Assembly (NCBI GenBank): GCA_051313645.2
Contig: JBNRSN020000002.1
Location: forward strand, 478,392,001 to 478,456,000
Direction: 5' to 3'
Length of the DNA stretch: 64,000 nucleotides
From: Centroscyllium fabricii
Lineage: Eukaryota
Shown here: positions 13,430 to 25,475 of the stretch, piece by piece
How positions within the stretch are numbered: position 1 is the stretch's first letter
How the letters are laid out: each line of letters begins with the position of its first letter
Made by a program: the position numbers and the translations under genes
The notes under the pieces: model-generated
Database searches by the model: none
What the model saw: only the letters and a program-made list of their open reading frames with translations
What the model was told of the DNA's origin: nothing

Positions 13430-15050
13430 ATATTACCATCGAGAGGGAGGAGGTACTAGCGGTTTTAGCAGGCTTAAAAGTGGATAAATCCCCAGGCCCG
13501 GACGAAAATGTATCCCAGGCTGCTGTACAAGACAAAGGAAGAAATTGCAGGGGCTCGGACACTAATTTTCAGATCCTCTCTGGCCACAGGTGATGTGTCA
13601 GAGGACTGGAGAACTGCTAACCTGGTACCATTATTCAAGAAGGGTAGTAGGGATAAACCAGGGAATTACAGGCCAGTGAGCCTAACATCAGTGGTAGGGA
13701 AATTATTGGAAAAAATTCTGAGCGATAGAATTAGTATTCACTTGGAGAGGCAAGGATTAATCAAGGATAGTCAGCATGGCTTTGTCAAGGGAAGATGATG
13801 TCTGATCAACTTGATTGAATTTTTCGAGGGGATGACTAGGCGTGTGGAAGAGGGTAGTGCAGTGGATGGATGTGGTATACTTGGATTTCAGTAAGGTTTT
13901 TGATAAAGTCCCGCATAGGAGACTGGTCAAGAAGGTAAGAGCCCATGGGATCCAGGGCACCGTGGCACAGTGGATCCAAAACTGGCTTAGTGGCAGAAGG
14001 TGATGGTCAAAGGTTGTTTTTGTGACTGGAAGCCTGTGTCCAACGGGGTACCGCAGGGATCGGTGCTGGGTCCCTAGCTGTTTGTAGTCTATATTAATGA
14101 TTTGGATATGAATGTAAAGGGTATGATCAGTAAGTTCGCTGATGACACGAAAATTGGTGGGGTGGTAGATAGCGAGGAGGGAAGCCTCCGTCTGCAGGAC
14201 GATATAGATGGGTTGGTCAGATGGGCGGAGCATTGGCAAATGGAATTTAACCCTGAAAAGTCTGAGGTGATGCATTTTGGAAGGACTAACAAGGCATGGG
14301 AATACACAATGAATGGTAAGACCCTAGGAAAGACAGAGGATCAGATGGACCTTGGCATGCATGTACATAGAATCCTGAAGGCAGCTGGACAGGTAGATAA
14401 GGTGGTTAGAAAGGTATATGGGATACTTGCCTTCATTAGCTGAGGCATAGAATATAAGAGCAGGGAGGTTATGATGGAGCTGTACAAAACGCTGGTAAGG
14501 CCACAGCTGGAGAACTGTGTGCAGTTCTGGTCGCCACACTATAGGAAGGATGTGATTGCTTTGGAGAGGGTGCAGAGGCGATTCACCAGGATGTTACCTG
14601 GGCTGGGGAGCTTCAGCTATGAAGACTGGGCAGGCTGGGGTTGTTTTCCTTGGAGCAGAGAAGGCTGAGGGGGGACCTGATTGAGGTGTACAAAATTATG
14701 AGGGGCATTGATAGGGTAAATAGAAAGGAACTTTTTACCTTAGTAGAGGGGTCAATAACAAGGGGACATAGTTTCACGGTAAGGGGCGGGAGGTTTAATG
14801 GGGATTTGAGGAAGAACTTTTTTACCCAGAGGGTGGTTGGAATCTGGAACTCACTGCTTGAAAGGGTGTTAGAGACAGGAACCCTCAAAACATTCAAGAA
14901 GCATTTAGATGAGCACTTCAAATGCCATAGCATACAAGGCTACGGACCAAATGCTGGAAAATGTGATTAGAATAGACAGGGCTCGATGGCCGGCACAGGC
15001 GCGATGGGCCGAAGGGCCTCTTTCTGTGCTGTAAAACTCTATGACTCTAC
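13430..15050 (+). mobile_element. CR1 LINE ORF2 (RT) degenerate fragment
   Basis: NYRPVSLTSVVGKLLE, KFADDTK, RPQLENCVQFW; several stops/frameshifts. Confidence 0.88.
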
Positions 15051-15054
15051 TCAC

Positions 15055-15286
15055 CACGAATTTCTCCCCATTCCGCTCAACGTGCTTGTAGCCGGGGATA
15101 GAAATCGGCACTGCCCGCTTCTCACTGTAGTCGTAGTAGATGTTCCCGGAGGAGTCGTCGCCAGGATCGAGGCGGTCGGCTTCTTGCTGTGGAACCGACA
15201 ACACCGTCAGAATCAGCTCCCGATCTCCTGCCCGGATCAGATCCACAACCTGTTTATGCGTCGCTCCCTCGACATTAACACCATTC
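15055..15286 (-). pseudogene. SNX27: SNX27-like exon 2 (PDZ C-terminal half to PX start), intact exon of an apparently disabled gene
   Basis: ccag|G acceptor and GTG|gtgagt donor; 232 bp; translates [77 protein letters not shown], recognisably SNX27. Confidence 0.93.
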
Positions 15287-15733
15287 CTGGAGAGACAAGG
15301 AACAGCGCTATTAGACATTAAAAAGTAAAACGCTAAGGAACTGCAACACATTGTGGGCATGCAAGCAAAGGTCTGATGGTTGTGGGGTCAAGGCTGCAGT
15401 CCAGGATTTCAGCAGATAAAATAGTGCAGTACGGAGGGAGTGTTGCATTGTCAGAGGTGCTATCTTTTCAATGAGGTGCTAAATCAAGGCCTGCTTAGGT
15501 GAATGCAAGAGATCTCATTGCAATATTCAAATAAGAGCAAAGGAGCTTACCTGGTGTCCTGGCCAACACTCCTCCCTCAATCAACATAAACACAGATTAT
15601 CTGGTCATTATCACATTGCTGTTAGTGGGAGCTTGCTGTGCGCAATTGGCTGCCGCATTTCCTACACTTCAAAAGCACTCAGTTGGCAGTAAAGCGCTTT
15701 GGGATGTCCTGAGGTCACGGAAGGCGCTATATA

Positions 15734-16104
15734 CAGGTCCGACACCGTTAATCCGGCACGGTCGGGACAAGGCCGGTGCCGGATTTTTGAAAAATCCGAA
15801 CGACTGAAGCTTCGGCGAGCGCATGCGCAGACCATTCAAAATGGCCGCCATGAATATCAGCGGCCATTTTGAGTGGTCTGCGCATGCGCTCACAGAAGCA
15901 TCAATCGTTCGGGGAGGGGCCCGGGCATGTGCAGCCACACACGGCAGCCATTTTGCGCATGCACAGACCAGTCGGGGAGGGGCCTGGGCATGCGCAGCCA
16001 AGCGCAGTGGCCATTTTGCACATGCGCACACCAGTTGGCCGGATTCGTTCCGGATGACTGAAGTTGCCGGATAAACGGTGTTCGGATTAACGGTGCCCAA
16101 CCTG
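15734..16104. mobile_element. MITE, CAGGTCCGACACC subfamily
   Basis: TA-flanked TIRs; internal GCGCATGCGC/AAAATGGCC palindromes. Confidence 0.85.
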
Positions 16105-16193
16105 TAAATGGAAGTCTTTTCTTTCCCCAAACACCACCAAAAACAGAACAATTTGGTGTTTATGGGATTTTACTGTGTGCAAACTAGCTGTTG

Positions 16194-17640
16194 CACAAAA
16201 CCGCTTGCCCGGGGCAAGTAACATGCACCGTCGGGAAAGTAAATCAAAATCTTACTTGCCCAACCGGGCAAGTGATGGAGGCCATGGGAACGGGTGGGTG
16301 GATCCCGCCCTGCAGGCAGTTGCATATTGGTGCGGGGGCCGGGCATGCCTCGGCCAATGGGTTTGCAACTCTGCCCCGACCGAGCTCGGCCAATCACAGC
16401 CCGGCAGTTTTCTCGCGCTCCGCCACACCCCCTGCCCGTGCTCGGCCAATCATAGCTCGCTCCGGCCGGCCGTTGCTCGGCGCCGCAACACCTCAGCGTC
16501 TCGCAACAGCTCCAACCAGCAGTGAAGTGAGGGTGCGTTTCCCAACTCACTTCACTGCGTCCGCAGCAGAGGGGAACCATTGGGGCTCAGCGGGCCAAGC
16601 GGCTGGGCAGCATCAGGGGAGAGAGGTGTTGAGTCGACGTTTCGGGTTGGGACCCTTTGAGGCGCGCTGGATTCCTGCTCCTCCAGGCAGCTGGGAGTGT
16701 CTGAGCGCCGGGTTCAATCGCTTTGTGAGGTTCAGGGAGACCGACACCCAGAGACCGAATCCAGGGACACTGGCACCCAGAGACCGAATCCAGGGACACT
16801 GGCACCCAGAGACCGAATCCAGGGACACTGGCACCCAGAGACCGAATCCAGGGACACGGGCACCCAGAGACCGAATCCAGGGACACGGGCACCCAGAGAC
16901 CGAATCCAGGGACACTGGCACCCAGAGACCGAATCCAGGGACACTGGCACCCAGAGACCGAATCCAGGGACACTGGCACCCAGAGACCGAATCCAGGGAC
17001 ACTGGCACCCAGAGACCGAATCCAGGGACACTGGCACCCAGAGACCGAATCCAGGGACACTGGCACCGCCGAATCCAGGGACACGGACACCCAGAGACCG
17101 AATCCAGGGACACTGGCACCCAGAGACCGAATCATGGGACACTGGCACCCAGAGACCGAATCATGGGACACTGGCACCCAGAGACCGAATCCAGGGACAC
17201 TGGCACCCAGAGACCGAATCCAGGGACACTGGCACCCAGAGACCGAATCCAGGGACACTGGCACCCAGAGACCGAATCCAGGGACACTGGCACCCAGAGA
17301 CCGAATCCAGGGACAGTCCAGGGCACGACAAAACCGCTTGCCCGCTCGATGATTGAGGCCACGGGCACAGGTGGGTGGATCCCACCCTGGAGGCAGGTGC
17401 GGCTTGGCCGGCGGGCGCGGATTGGAGGAGGTGGCGTGTCAATCAGGGGACGGGGCAGCAGTCGGGTTTGGTGGAGCGGGCTTGGTTGGCGCGCGGCAAG
17501 AGTGGGTCGGTGCCGTCGACCCGTTGAGGGGGGAGAGAAAAAACCGGAGTGGCTGCTGGACGAAGGGAGGCGGGGAGAGAGAGTGAGGGAGCCCGCGGCC
17601 TATGGAGGCTTCACAGAAAGTTTGGTAAATGAGGGAAGAA
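16194..17640 (+). mobile_element. Two hAT-like left ends, each followed by different GC-rich sequence, separated by a 29-bp minisatellite
   Basis: CAGGGCACGACAAAACCGCTTGCCCG at 17319, cacaaaaccgcttgcccg near 16194; shared gggtgggtggatccc(g/a)ccctg segment; no right end found. Confidence 0.45.
16741..17315. repeat. 29-bp minisatellite (CAGGGACACTGGCACCCAGAGACCGAATC)n
   Basis: About 20 tandem units visible directly. Confidence 0.95.
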
Positions 17641-17689
17641 TGTTCAGAGTAGAGAGAGAGAGACCCTGGCAGAGAGGTTTCTCCGCTCC

Positions 17690-18325
17690 GTACCCTTTGT
17701 CGTCCAGTACATCCCCGGAGCGGAGAAACTACGCCATGTTCTTCGCAGCCTTCAACATGTCATTGATGATGACGAACACCTCGCTAAGGCCATCCCCACG
17801 CCTCCACTACTCGCCTTCAAACAGCCGCCTAACCTCAAACAGACTATAGTTCGCAGCAAATTACCCAGCCTTCAGGAGAACAGCAACCACGACACCACAC
17901 AACCCTGCCACAGCAACCTCTGCAAAACGTGCCAAATCATCAGCACAGATACCATCATCACACGTGAGGACACAACACACCAGGTACATGGTACATACTC
18001 ATGTAACTCGACCAATGTTGTCTACCTCATACGTTGCAGGAAAGGATGCCCCGGGGCATGGTACATCGGCGAGACCATGCAGACACTACGACAACGGATG
18101 AACCGGCACCGCGCAACAATCGCCAGGCAGGAGTGTTCCCTCCCAGTCGGGGAACATTTCCGCAGTCAAGGACATTCGGCTTCCGATCTTCGGGTGAGCA
18201 TTCTCCAGGGTGGCGTTCGAGACACACGACAACGCAAAATCGTCGAGCAGAGGCTGATAGCCAAGTTCCGCACCCATGAGTACGGCCTCAACCGTGATAT
18301 TGGATTTATGTCGTGCTACATGTGA
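17690..18325 (+). mobile_element. Penelope-like retroelement 3' ORF fragment (GIY-YIG endonuclease)
   Basis: YSCNSTNVVYLIRCRKGCPGAWYIGETMQTLRQRMNRHR...HF...YGLNRD. Confidence 0.88.
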
Positions 18326-18479
18326 CCCCGCCTGACGTAGAGTCATCCAGACTCGAACTATCTTTGGCTTGTTCTGCGATTTTAAGTAAGAAAAATCCTT
18401 GTTTTTAAAAAAATCATTCTGTGGGATTTTCAAGGGCAGCAGACTGTATCGTTTGACCCTTTGTGACTGCACCCTTTGA

Positions 18480-18845
18480 TCTCAGGCTGACTGATATGTT
18501 AGAACACCTTTGATTGCTTTGATGTCCCTCAGCTGAGGTGTGATGTGAAACAGCAGGAGACACCACATTGTTCTCTCTCTCGATATATGCTATGTTTAAA
18601 TGAATCTCTTAGAATATGTTAATACGCCTTTGTGCACTCTGTCTGGCTCTGCTACGGTGAGATGTGGGCGAGATCGGATTTCTCCCTTCTATGTGCGTTC
18701 TTCAAGTCAGTCTCTCTTTCACCTGACGAAGGGGCAAAAGCTTCGAAAGCTTGTGATTTAAAATAAAACTGTTGGACTATAATCTGGTGTTGTGAGACTT
18801 CTTGCATTTGTCCACCCCAGTCCAACACCGGCACCTCCACATCAT
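18480..18845 (+). mobile_element. Penelope-type terminal repeat downstream of the GIY-YIG fragment
   Basis: Similar to 9923-10250; hammerhead core at ~18724-18748. Confidence 0.72.
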
Positions 18846-19602
18846 ATCCCATGAACGGCAAGGTTCCTCTCTAAAATTAACTCCTTTTGCATCAAGGAGG
18901 ATGAGAGGTACTCCAGTCTTCAAAAAAAGTGCTTCAGTAAATCTCCGCTTTGTCAGAAGTTTGGAATATTGGCAAACGTTATAGAAGAACGCATGGCAGA
19001 TGTTACAATGGGACATGTGTAACTGGTTTGTGATATTCATTAGTACAGTAATCGTCTCAATTTTTAAGCACAAATTTGGAAAATTCTGGGTTTGTCTATT
19101 CACCAGTCTCCTCTAGTTACCCGATCTGCAAAATAGCTTAAACTACTGTTACATTTGTGAAAGAAATCAGTGACCTCCACTTATTTTAGCATCGTCCTCA
19201 ATACTGTTGAATACACATTTAAAAAAAAAATACATGGCAGCTCTCGACTTCAGCTATTTTATTTTTAAGTTCCTCGCCACTGCTGTCACTCACCCACAGT
19301 ACTCCCCCTCAGCAAGAATCCAGGACACTCAGACTGAGGCTGCTGCCCAATAAGCAGTCAACAGGAAGGGCAAATGAAGGTGAACTGCGCGACCTCATCC
19401 TTCCTTTATCCTCTCGCCCTGCCTTCTTCGAGCAAAAAGCTCAAAAACTAAAACCTGCACACACCAGCATCATTCCAGTTTTAGTTTGGGTGCGGCAGCA
19501 TCGTGGTTATGTTACTGCATTAGTAAGCCAGGGGCCTGGACGAACAATCTGGAGACAGAAGTTCAATTAATTCAATAAATCTGGAATAAAAAAAAGCTGG
19601 TG

Positions 19603-19918
19603 CAGGTTGAGCACCGGTAATCCGGCACCCGATGGTCCGGCACCTTCAGTGGTCCGGCATGAACGGAAACTGCCGGTCTTCAGTTTGTGGAGCAGCCGCT
19701 CAGCGGTGCCACCATTGCCCGCGAAGGGTGGGCGAGCGCCGACGGTGTCGGGCGTTTGGGTTGCTGTTTTTTTAGGTCTTCAAAGTGTTCTATCGCCGGG
19801 CTCCCTCCCGGGGAGTGTTCTACCCGTGCACTCCCCCCGAACCTTCAGTGGTTCTGAATTTTCAATGGTCCGGCACCGGCCCGGTCCCGAGGGTGCCGGA
19901 TTACCGGTGCTCAACCTG
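19603..19918 (+). mobile_element. Empty copy of the cargo-carrying MITE family
   Basis: CAGGTTGAGCACCGGTAATCCGGCACC TIRs; unexpanded repeat directly joined to GAACCTTCAGTGGT. Confidence 0.88.
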
Positions 19919-20844
19919 TATCAGTAATGCTGACCATGAAACTACCGGATCGTCTTAAAAACCGATCTGGTTCACTAATGTCCTTTCGGGAAGGAAATCT
20001 GCCGTCCTTACCCGGTCTGGCTGATATGTGACTCCAGACCCACAGCAATGTGGTTGACTCTTAACTGTCCTCTGAAATGGCGACTCACCACCACCTTCAA
20101 GGGCAATAAATGCTGGCAATGCCAGCGATGCCCACATCCCGTGAATGAATTATTAAAAAGTTTGAATTGAATTGAAGCTGTCCCAACCAAAGTGTGGGGG
20201 TGAAGTGACGGGACGCCCTAGGCCATGACTCGCCGCGGTCGGACTGAGAATCAAGCGCGCCAGCCCACTGCTGTGAAACACTTGCACAATTGCCTGCTGC
20301 CCGTCTTAAGTGCTTGCAGCGGTTATCAGTAAAAACTGTACCAGATCACTGCACCGCATTTGAAAAGGTTTGTCCACCAGGCTGGGTATACATGCAGCAA
20401 ACGGCATTAGGTTTTAGTCTGGTCAGCAAACTGTTGAACAGATCACGTTCCCGAGCACATAATCTAAACTAGCACTCCTAGTGCAACATTGGAGGGAATG
20501 CTGCACTGTCGGAGGTGTCGTCTTTCGGATGAAACATTAAACCGAGGCCCTGGCTGCACTCTCTCGTGGACACAGAAGATCCCACGGCACTACTTCGGAG
20601 GAGTTCTCTGCAGTATCGCTGAACCAACACCTAAAACAGGTTGCCTGGTCATTTATCTCATTGCTGTTTGTGGGAGCTTGCTGTGCACAAATTGGCTGCC
20701 ACGTTGCCTGCATTACAACAGTGACTACACTTCAATAGTACTTCATTGGCTGTAAAGTGCTTTGAGACGTCCGGCGCTATATAAATGCGCGTCTTTCTTT
20801 AAAGCTGTGCAATAATGAGCCTCTCAGACCTCCCAGGTCAGTCA

Positions 20845-21155
20845 GGCACGGTGGCATAGTGGTTAGCACTGTTGCCTTACAGCGCTAGGGACCCGGGTTC
20901 AAATCCAGCCTCGGGTGACTATCTGTGTGGAGTTTGCACATTCTCCCCGTGGCTGCGTGGATTTCCTCCAGGTGCTCCGGTTTCCTCCCACAGTCCAAAG
21001 ATGTGCGGGTTAGGTTGATTGGCCATGATAAATTGACCCTTAGTGTTAGGGGGATTGAATATGTGGGGTTACGGGGATAGGGTGGGATGTGTGTCGGTGC
21101 AGGCTCGATGGGCCGAAATGGCCTCTCTCTGCACTGTAGGGATTCTATGATTCTA
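20845..21155 (+). mobile_element. tRNA-derived HE1-like V-SINE (other copies ~3950-4235, 29372-29622, 37307-37670, 49621-50015)
   Basis: A box tggcatagtggttag, B box ggttcaaatcc, V-domain gtgtggagtttgcacattctccccgtg, CR1-type tail. Confidence 0.82.
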
Positions 21156-21434
21156 AGATGTCTCTCCCAGCCCCCCCAAATTTTTCAGTTTAGCTAACCA
21201 AATGTAACGGAGTACACCGTATGCTCAAAGTGAGGCATGGCGTACAGCATCCATAATACATTGCATCACGGACAAGTGTGTTCTATAAATAGGTACAGCC
21301 TGTCGTGAAGTGTTTCTGGCTGGGGCAGAGATCACCTTGTAAAAGGCAAGTACCATACGTGACCTTGATCAGGGCTGGCAGGTTCGCCTGGACTAGTTTC
21401 AGTCGCCTAAGGAGGTCAGAGAGGAACGTCCCAG

Positions 21435-22330
21435 AGTCAAAGTTATACAACACAGAAAGAGGCCCTTCGGCCCATCGTGTCCGCACCAGCCATCAAGCCC
21501 TGTCTATTCCAATCCCATTTTCCAGCACCTGGTCCGTAGCCTTGTATGCTATGGTGTTTGAAGTGCTCATCTAAATGCTTCTTCAATGTTTGCAAGAAGT
21601 CACACAACACCAGGTTATAGTCCCAACAGTTTTATTTGAAATCACAAGCTTTCGGAGCGCTGCTCCTTCCTCAGGCGAAAGAAGTTCATTTAAAGACAGC
21701 ATATATACCAGGGAGAGAGCAATCTAATCTCTTCCAACATCACACCTCAGCAGAGACATAGAGCAGATAACGGTGTTTTAACATATTTTAACATATTAAT
21801 CAGGCACCAGTCTGAGATCAACGAGGCACAGTCACAAAGGGTCAACTGTTGCAGTCCTGTGTCTGTGTGAAAACAAAGGGTCAATGATTTTTTTTTAAAA
21901 GGATTTTCTTTACTGGAAATCGCCGCAGCGATTCTTGAATGTTGTGAGGTTTCCTGCCTCTACCACCCTTTCAGGCAGTGAGTTCCAGATTCCAACCACC
22001 CTCTGGGTGAAAAGGTTCTTCCTCAAATCCCCTCTAAACCTCCTGCCCCCTACCTTGAAACTATGCCCCCTTGTTATTGACCCCTCTACGAAGGGAAAAA
22101 GTTCCTTTCTATCTACCCTATCTATGCCCCTCATAATTTTGTACACCTCAATCAGGTCCCCCCACCTCAGCCTTCTCTGTTCCAAGGAAAACAACCCCAG
22201 CCTGTCCAGTCTTTCTTCATACCTGAAGCACCCCAGCTCAGGTAACATCCTGGTGAATCTCCTCTGCACCCTCTCCAAAGCAATCACATCCTTCCTATCG
22301 TGCGGCGACCAGAACTGCACACAGTACTCC
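21435..22330 (-). mobile_element. CR1 3' fragment split by a Penelope-type repeat
   Basis: EYCVQFWSPH..RVVGIWNSLP. Confidence 0.8.
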
Positions 22331-23263
22331 TGTTTTTCAAAATTCCTTTTTCGCCTTTCCCTGGAGATCACATGGCTTTCGGATGTGGTGTGGCGAGTGA
22401 TACAACAAATTGCATTTCTATAGCGCCTTTAACGTAGTAAAGCGTCCCAAGGAGCTTCACAGGCGCGTTACAAATCAAAATTTGACACCGAGCCACATAC
22501 AGAAATATTAGGTCCAGGTGACCAAAAGCTTGGTCAGAGGGGTAGGTTTTAAGAAACGTCTTAAATGAGGAAAGAGAGAGAGAGTTGGAGAGGTTTAGGC
22601 AGGGAATTCCGGAGCTCAGGGCCTTGAAGTTAGGACATTAACTGTAGCCCCAAATCTTTGTACCGTCAGCAGCTCCACTCCCTAGATTTGTAGCCGACAT
22701 TTGCACAGCTTGGAGTTTACAGGAGGCGAAGAAGGGGCCTCATCGCCACAGGAGAGCTGAGCCAACAATTGACTGGTTTGTCAGTGTTTTGATTTAAAGT
22801 TCTTTATTTAAAAAAAAAAAAAAAAAATGCCAGGCTTACACAATGCAGACACAAACAGCTGCCAGTGAAGTACAGCACTCCCTTGACAAAAGCCCGTGAA
22901 CCTCATAAAAAATGTTATATACACGACCCATTAGACTCCAAACCATGACTGAATAACTGAAATGCTCTTAGGCCCTGTTCGCCACTGCTGAGGTTGGAGA
23001 GTGGTTTCTGCGCCAGGTCTACAACACAGATATGGCTCCCACTACATGACCGCTTGGACAGCACGCGCGCCTTATGCGATCACGCACAGTTATGCAGCAA
23101 AGGTGGAAGTGAGTACTGCCATGACTCGTGGGCCAAGATGCCTTTTTAGAGAACGGCTAAAACCTGCCCCTGGAAAGGCAGTGTTTGGTCAGAGCCATTT
23201 TCTGATCCTCTAGTTAGGAGTCACAAGGGAACAACAACAACAACAACAACTTGCATTTATATA

Positions 23264-23567
23264 CAGGTTGAGCACCGGTAATCCGGCACCCGATGATCTG
23301 ACACCTTCAGTGGTCCGGCACGACTTGAAACAGGCGGTCATCGGTTTGCGGAGCAGCCACTGGGTGGTGCCACCGGTTCCCACGGAGGGTGAGCGAGCGC
23401 CGAAGGCGTCGGGCGTCTGGGTTTTTGTTTTTTTAAGGCTTGTATGTGTTCTATCCCCGGGCTCCCTCCCGGGGAGCGTTCTACCCGCGCGCTCTACCGA
23501 ACCTTCAGTGGTTTGGAATTTTCAGTGGTCTGGTCCCAAGGGTGCCGGATTACCGGTGCTGAACCTG
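23264..23567 (+). mobile_element. Empty copy of the cargo-carrying MITE family
   Basis: Same TIRs and body as 19603-19918; TA flanks. Confidence 0.88.
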
Positions 23568-23706
23568 TAGCACCTTTTAAGTAGCAAATCATCCCAAGGT
23601 TCACGGTCATTTTATTGCCATATGTAACTGGTACAATGGAATGCTTACTCCCCACTCATTCCCATGATACAAGTATAAATATAAAAAGCAACGGTAAAAA
23701 CGAATA

Positions 23707-24316
23707 CAGGTTGTGCACCGAAAATCCGTGTCCCGAAAAGCCGGCAGCTTCAGTCTGCCGGCACAAATTGCCCCGACTGCACTGCGCATGCGCAAGATGG
23801 CAGCCACCATCGCGGCTTCGGCGAATGATCTGCGCATGCGCCGCTGAACGGCGAGCGCATGCACAGATCATTCAAAACGGCCGCCGGTTATTTTCTCGAC
23901 AGCTGAGCCCCGTGACTGAGGCGGACAGTCACCAGGCAACAGCTGTCAGCCTGAGTCTGGCTCGGCGGCAGCAGCAACCCCAAAGGCGATGGAGGGGGAA
24001 GGCGGACCTACTGGGCCCGACCCACGCCCGCACAACCCTCCTTCCCCCCCTGCAAGACCGGCCTTTCACTGCTGCCCGACAGCCCTAAAAGGCAAACGGA
24101 ACGCCACACAAGCCTGAGCCCCTCAAAAAACTTCGCGCCGGCCATTATTGGATGATCTGCGCATGCGCGCGCCAGCCAATCCCAATGTTGTGCGCATGCG
24201 CGTGGCCATTTTGACCGGTGCGCGCATGCGCAGTGTCCAACTTCGTTCTCCCGGTTTTTTCAGTTTCCCAGCACGGGCCTGGTCCCGCCCGTGGCGGATT
24301 AATGGTGCACAACCTG
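23707..24316. mobile_element. MITE (CAGGTTGTGCACCG) with GC-rich middle
   Basis: TA-flanked TIRs; related to 35999-36695 and 5520-5950. Confidence 0.82.
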
Positions 24317-24349
24317 TATAAATGTAGAAATAGTAAACAACTAAGCAAA

Positions 24350-24920
24350 CAAGTGCGGTTAGCAGTTCAGTAGGCGCACTGCCTGTGGGTAGAAACTGTT
24401 CCTGAACCTGCTAGTCCTGGTTCGGATGCTGCTGTACCGACTGCCGGACCGCAGGAGGGAGAACAGATCGTGCCCAGGGTGATTGGGGTCCTGGATGATG
24501 GGGCGGGCCTTGTTCAGAAACCTGGTCTGGAAGATCTCCTCGATGGACAGAAGTGCACACCCGATTTTTTCTGCCGTCCTCACGACCCTCTGGATGGCTT
24601 TCCTGTCCTGTGCAGTGGTGTTACCAGACCACACAGTGACACCACCCGACAAGACGCTCTCTATGGTGCCGCGGTAAAAGTTCACAAGCCACTGTGTGTT
24701 TATGCCGCATTTCCTCGGGCACCGTAGATGGTAGAGGCGCTGGTGTGCCTTCTTCAGCATGGCCTCAGTGTTGTGATTCCAGACCAGGTCATCGGAGATC
24801 TGCAGACCCAGGAATCGGAAGCAACTGACGACTCCAGTCTATGCTGATGGGACGGTGGTTCCATCGAGCGCTTCTTAAGTCCACAATGAGCACCTTAGTC
24901 TTGCCGGCGTTCAGGGCAAG
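24350..24920 (-). mobile_element. Diverged Rex1/Babar LINE fragment
   Basis: KKAHQRLYHLR..NFYRGTIESVL..RFRNSFYPQAVRLLN. Confidence 0.78.
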
Positions 24921-25299
24921 GCATTGCACAGAAGTGTAATAAAACAATGTCCGACACTGAGCCACTCATTAGGGCAGGTGACGAAAAGCTTGGTCAAAGA
25001 GGTAGGTTTTAAGGAGCGACTTAAAGGAGGAGAGAGAGGTAGAGGCGATTAGGGAGGGAATTCCAGAACTTAGAGCCTTGACAGCTGAAGGAACGGCCAC
25101 CAATGGTGGAGCGATTGAAATCAGGGACAGACTTGGAGGAGCACAGAGATCTCAGGAGGGTTGTGGGGCTGGAGTGATCCCACAACAGTGCAGAGTCTCC
25201 GAAGTGTTGGTTGGTAATATTCTCCCTTGTTTTGTACTGGTTACCGCGGGTCTGTCCATCGCTGCCCCAAGTCACCCAGCTGTGTTCTTGTCATTCCAG

Positions 25300-25389
25300 G
25301 CCGTGGAGGATGTGAAGAAAGGGCGGATTCGAGTTGGTGATAAATCGTACCAGCTTCAGAAACTGTCCGAGCAGCACAAGAAAGTCATG
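25300..25389 (+). pseudogene. SNX27: SNX27-like exon 8 in inverted orientation
   Basis: ttccag|GCC...ATG|gtagga; 90 bp, phase 0; [30 protein letters not shown] versus SNX27 [30 protein letters not shown]. Confidence 0.85.
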
Positions 25390-25475
25390 GTAGGATTTTG
25401 CCCAACTGCTCGATGTTGGTGTACCACAGAATGGGGAAGTTTGCATCAGAAGCTGCCGGTTCCAGTTGTTCTAAG

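Noticed and set aside
16741-17315. CRISPR-like regular repeats
   Set aside because: No unique spacers, no cas genes, vertebrate context
16191-17849. 552 aa repetitive ORF
   Set aside because: Driven by a 29-bp repeat and GC-rich DNA; no domain recognisable
20845-20920. tRNA gene
   Set aside because: A/B boxes are the head of a multi-copy SINE
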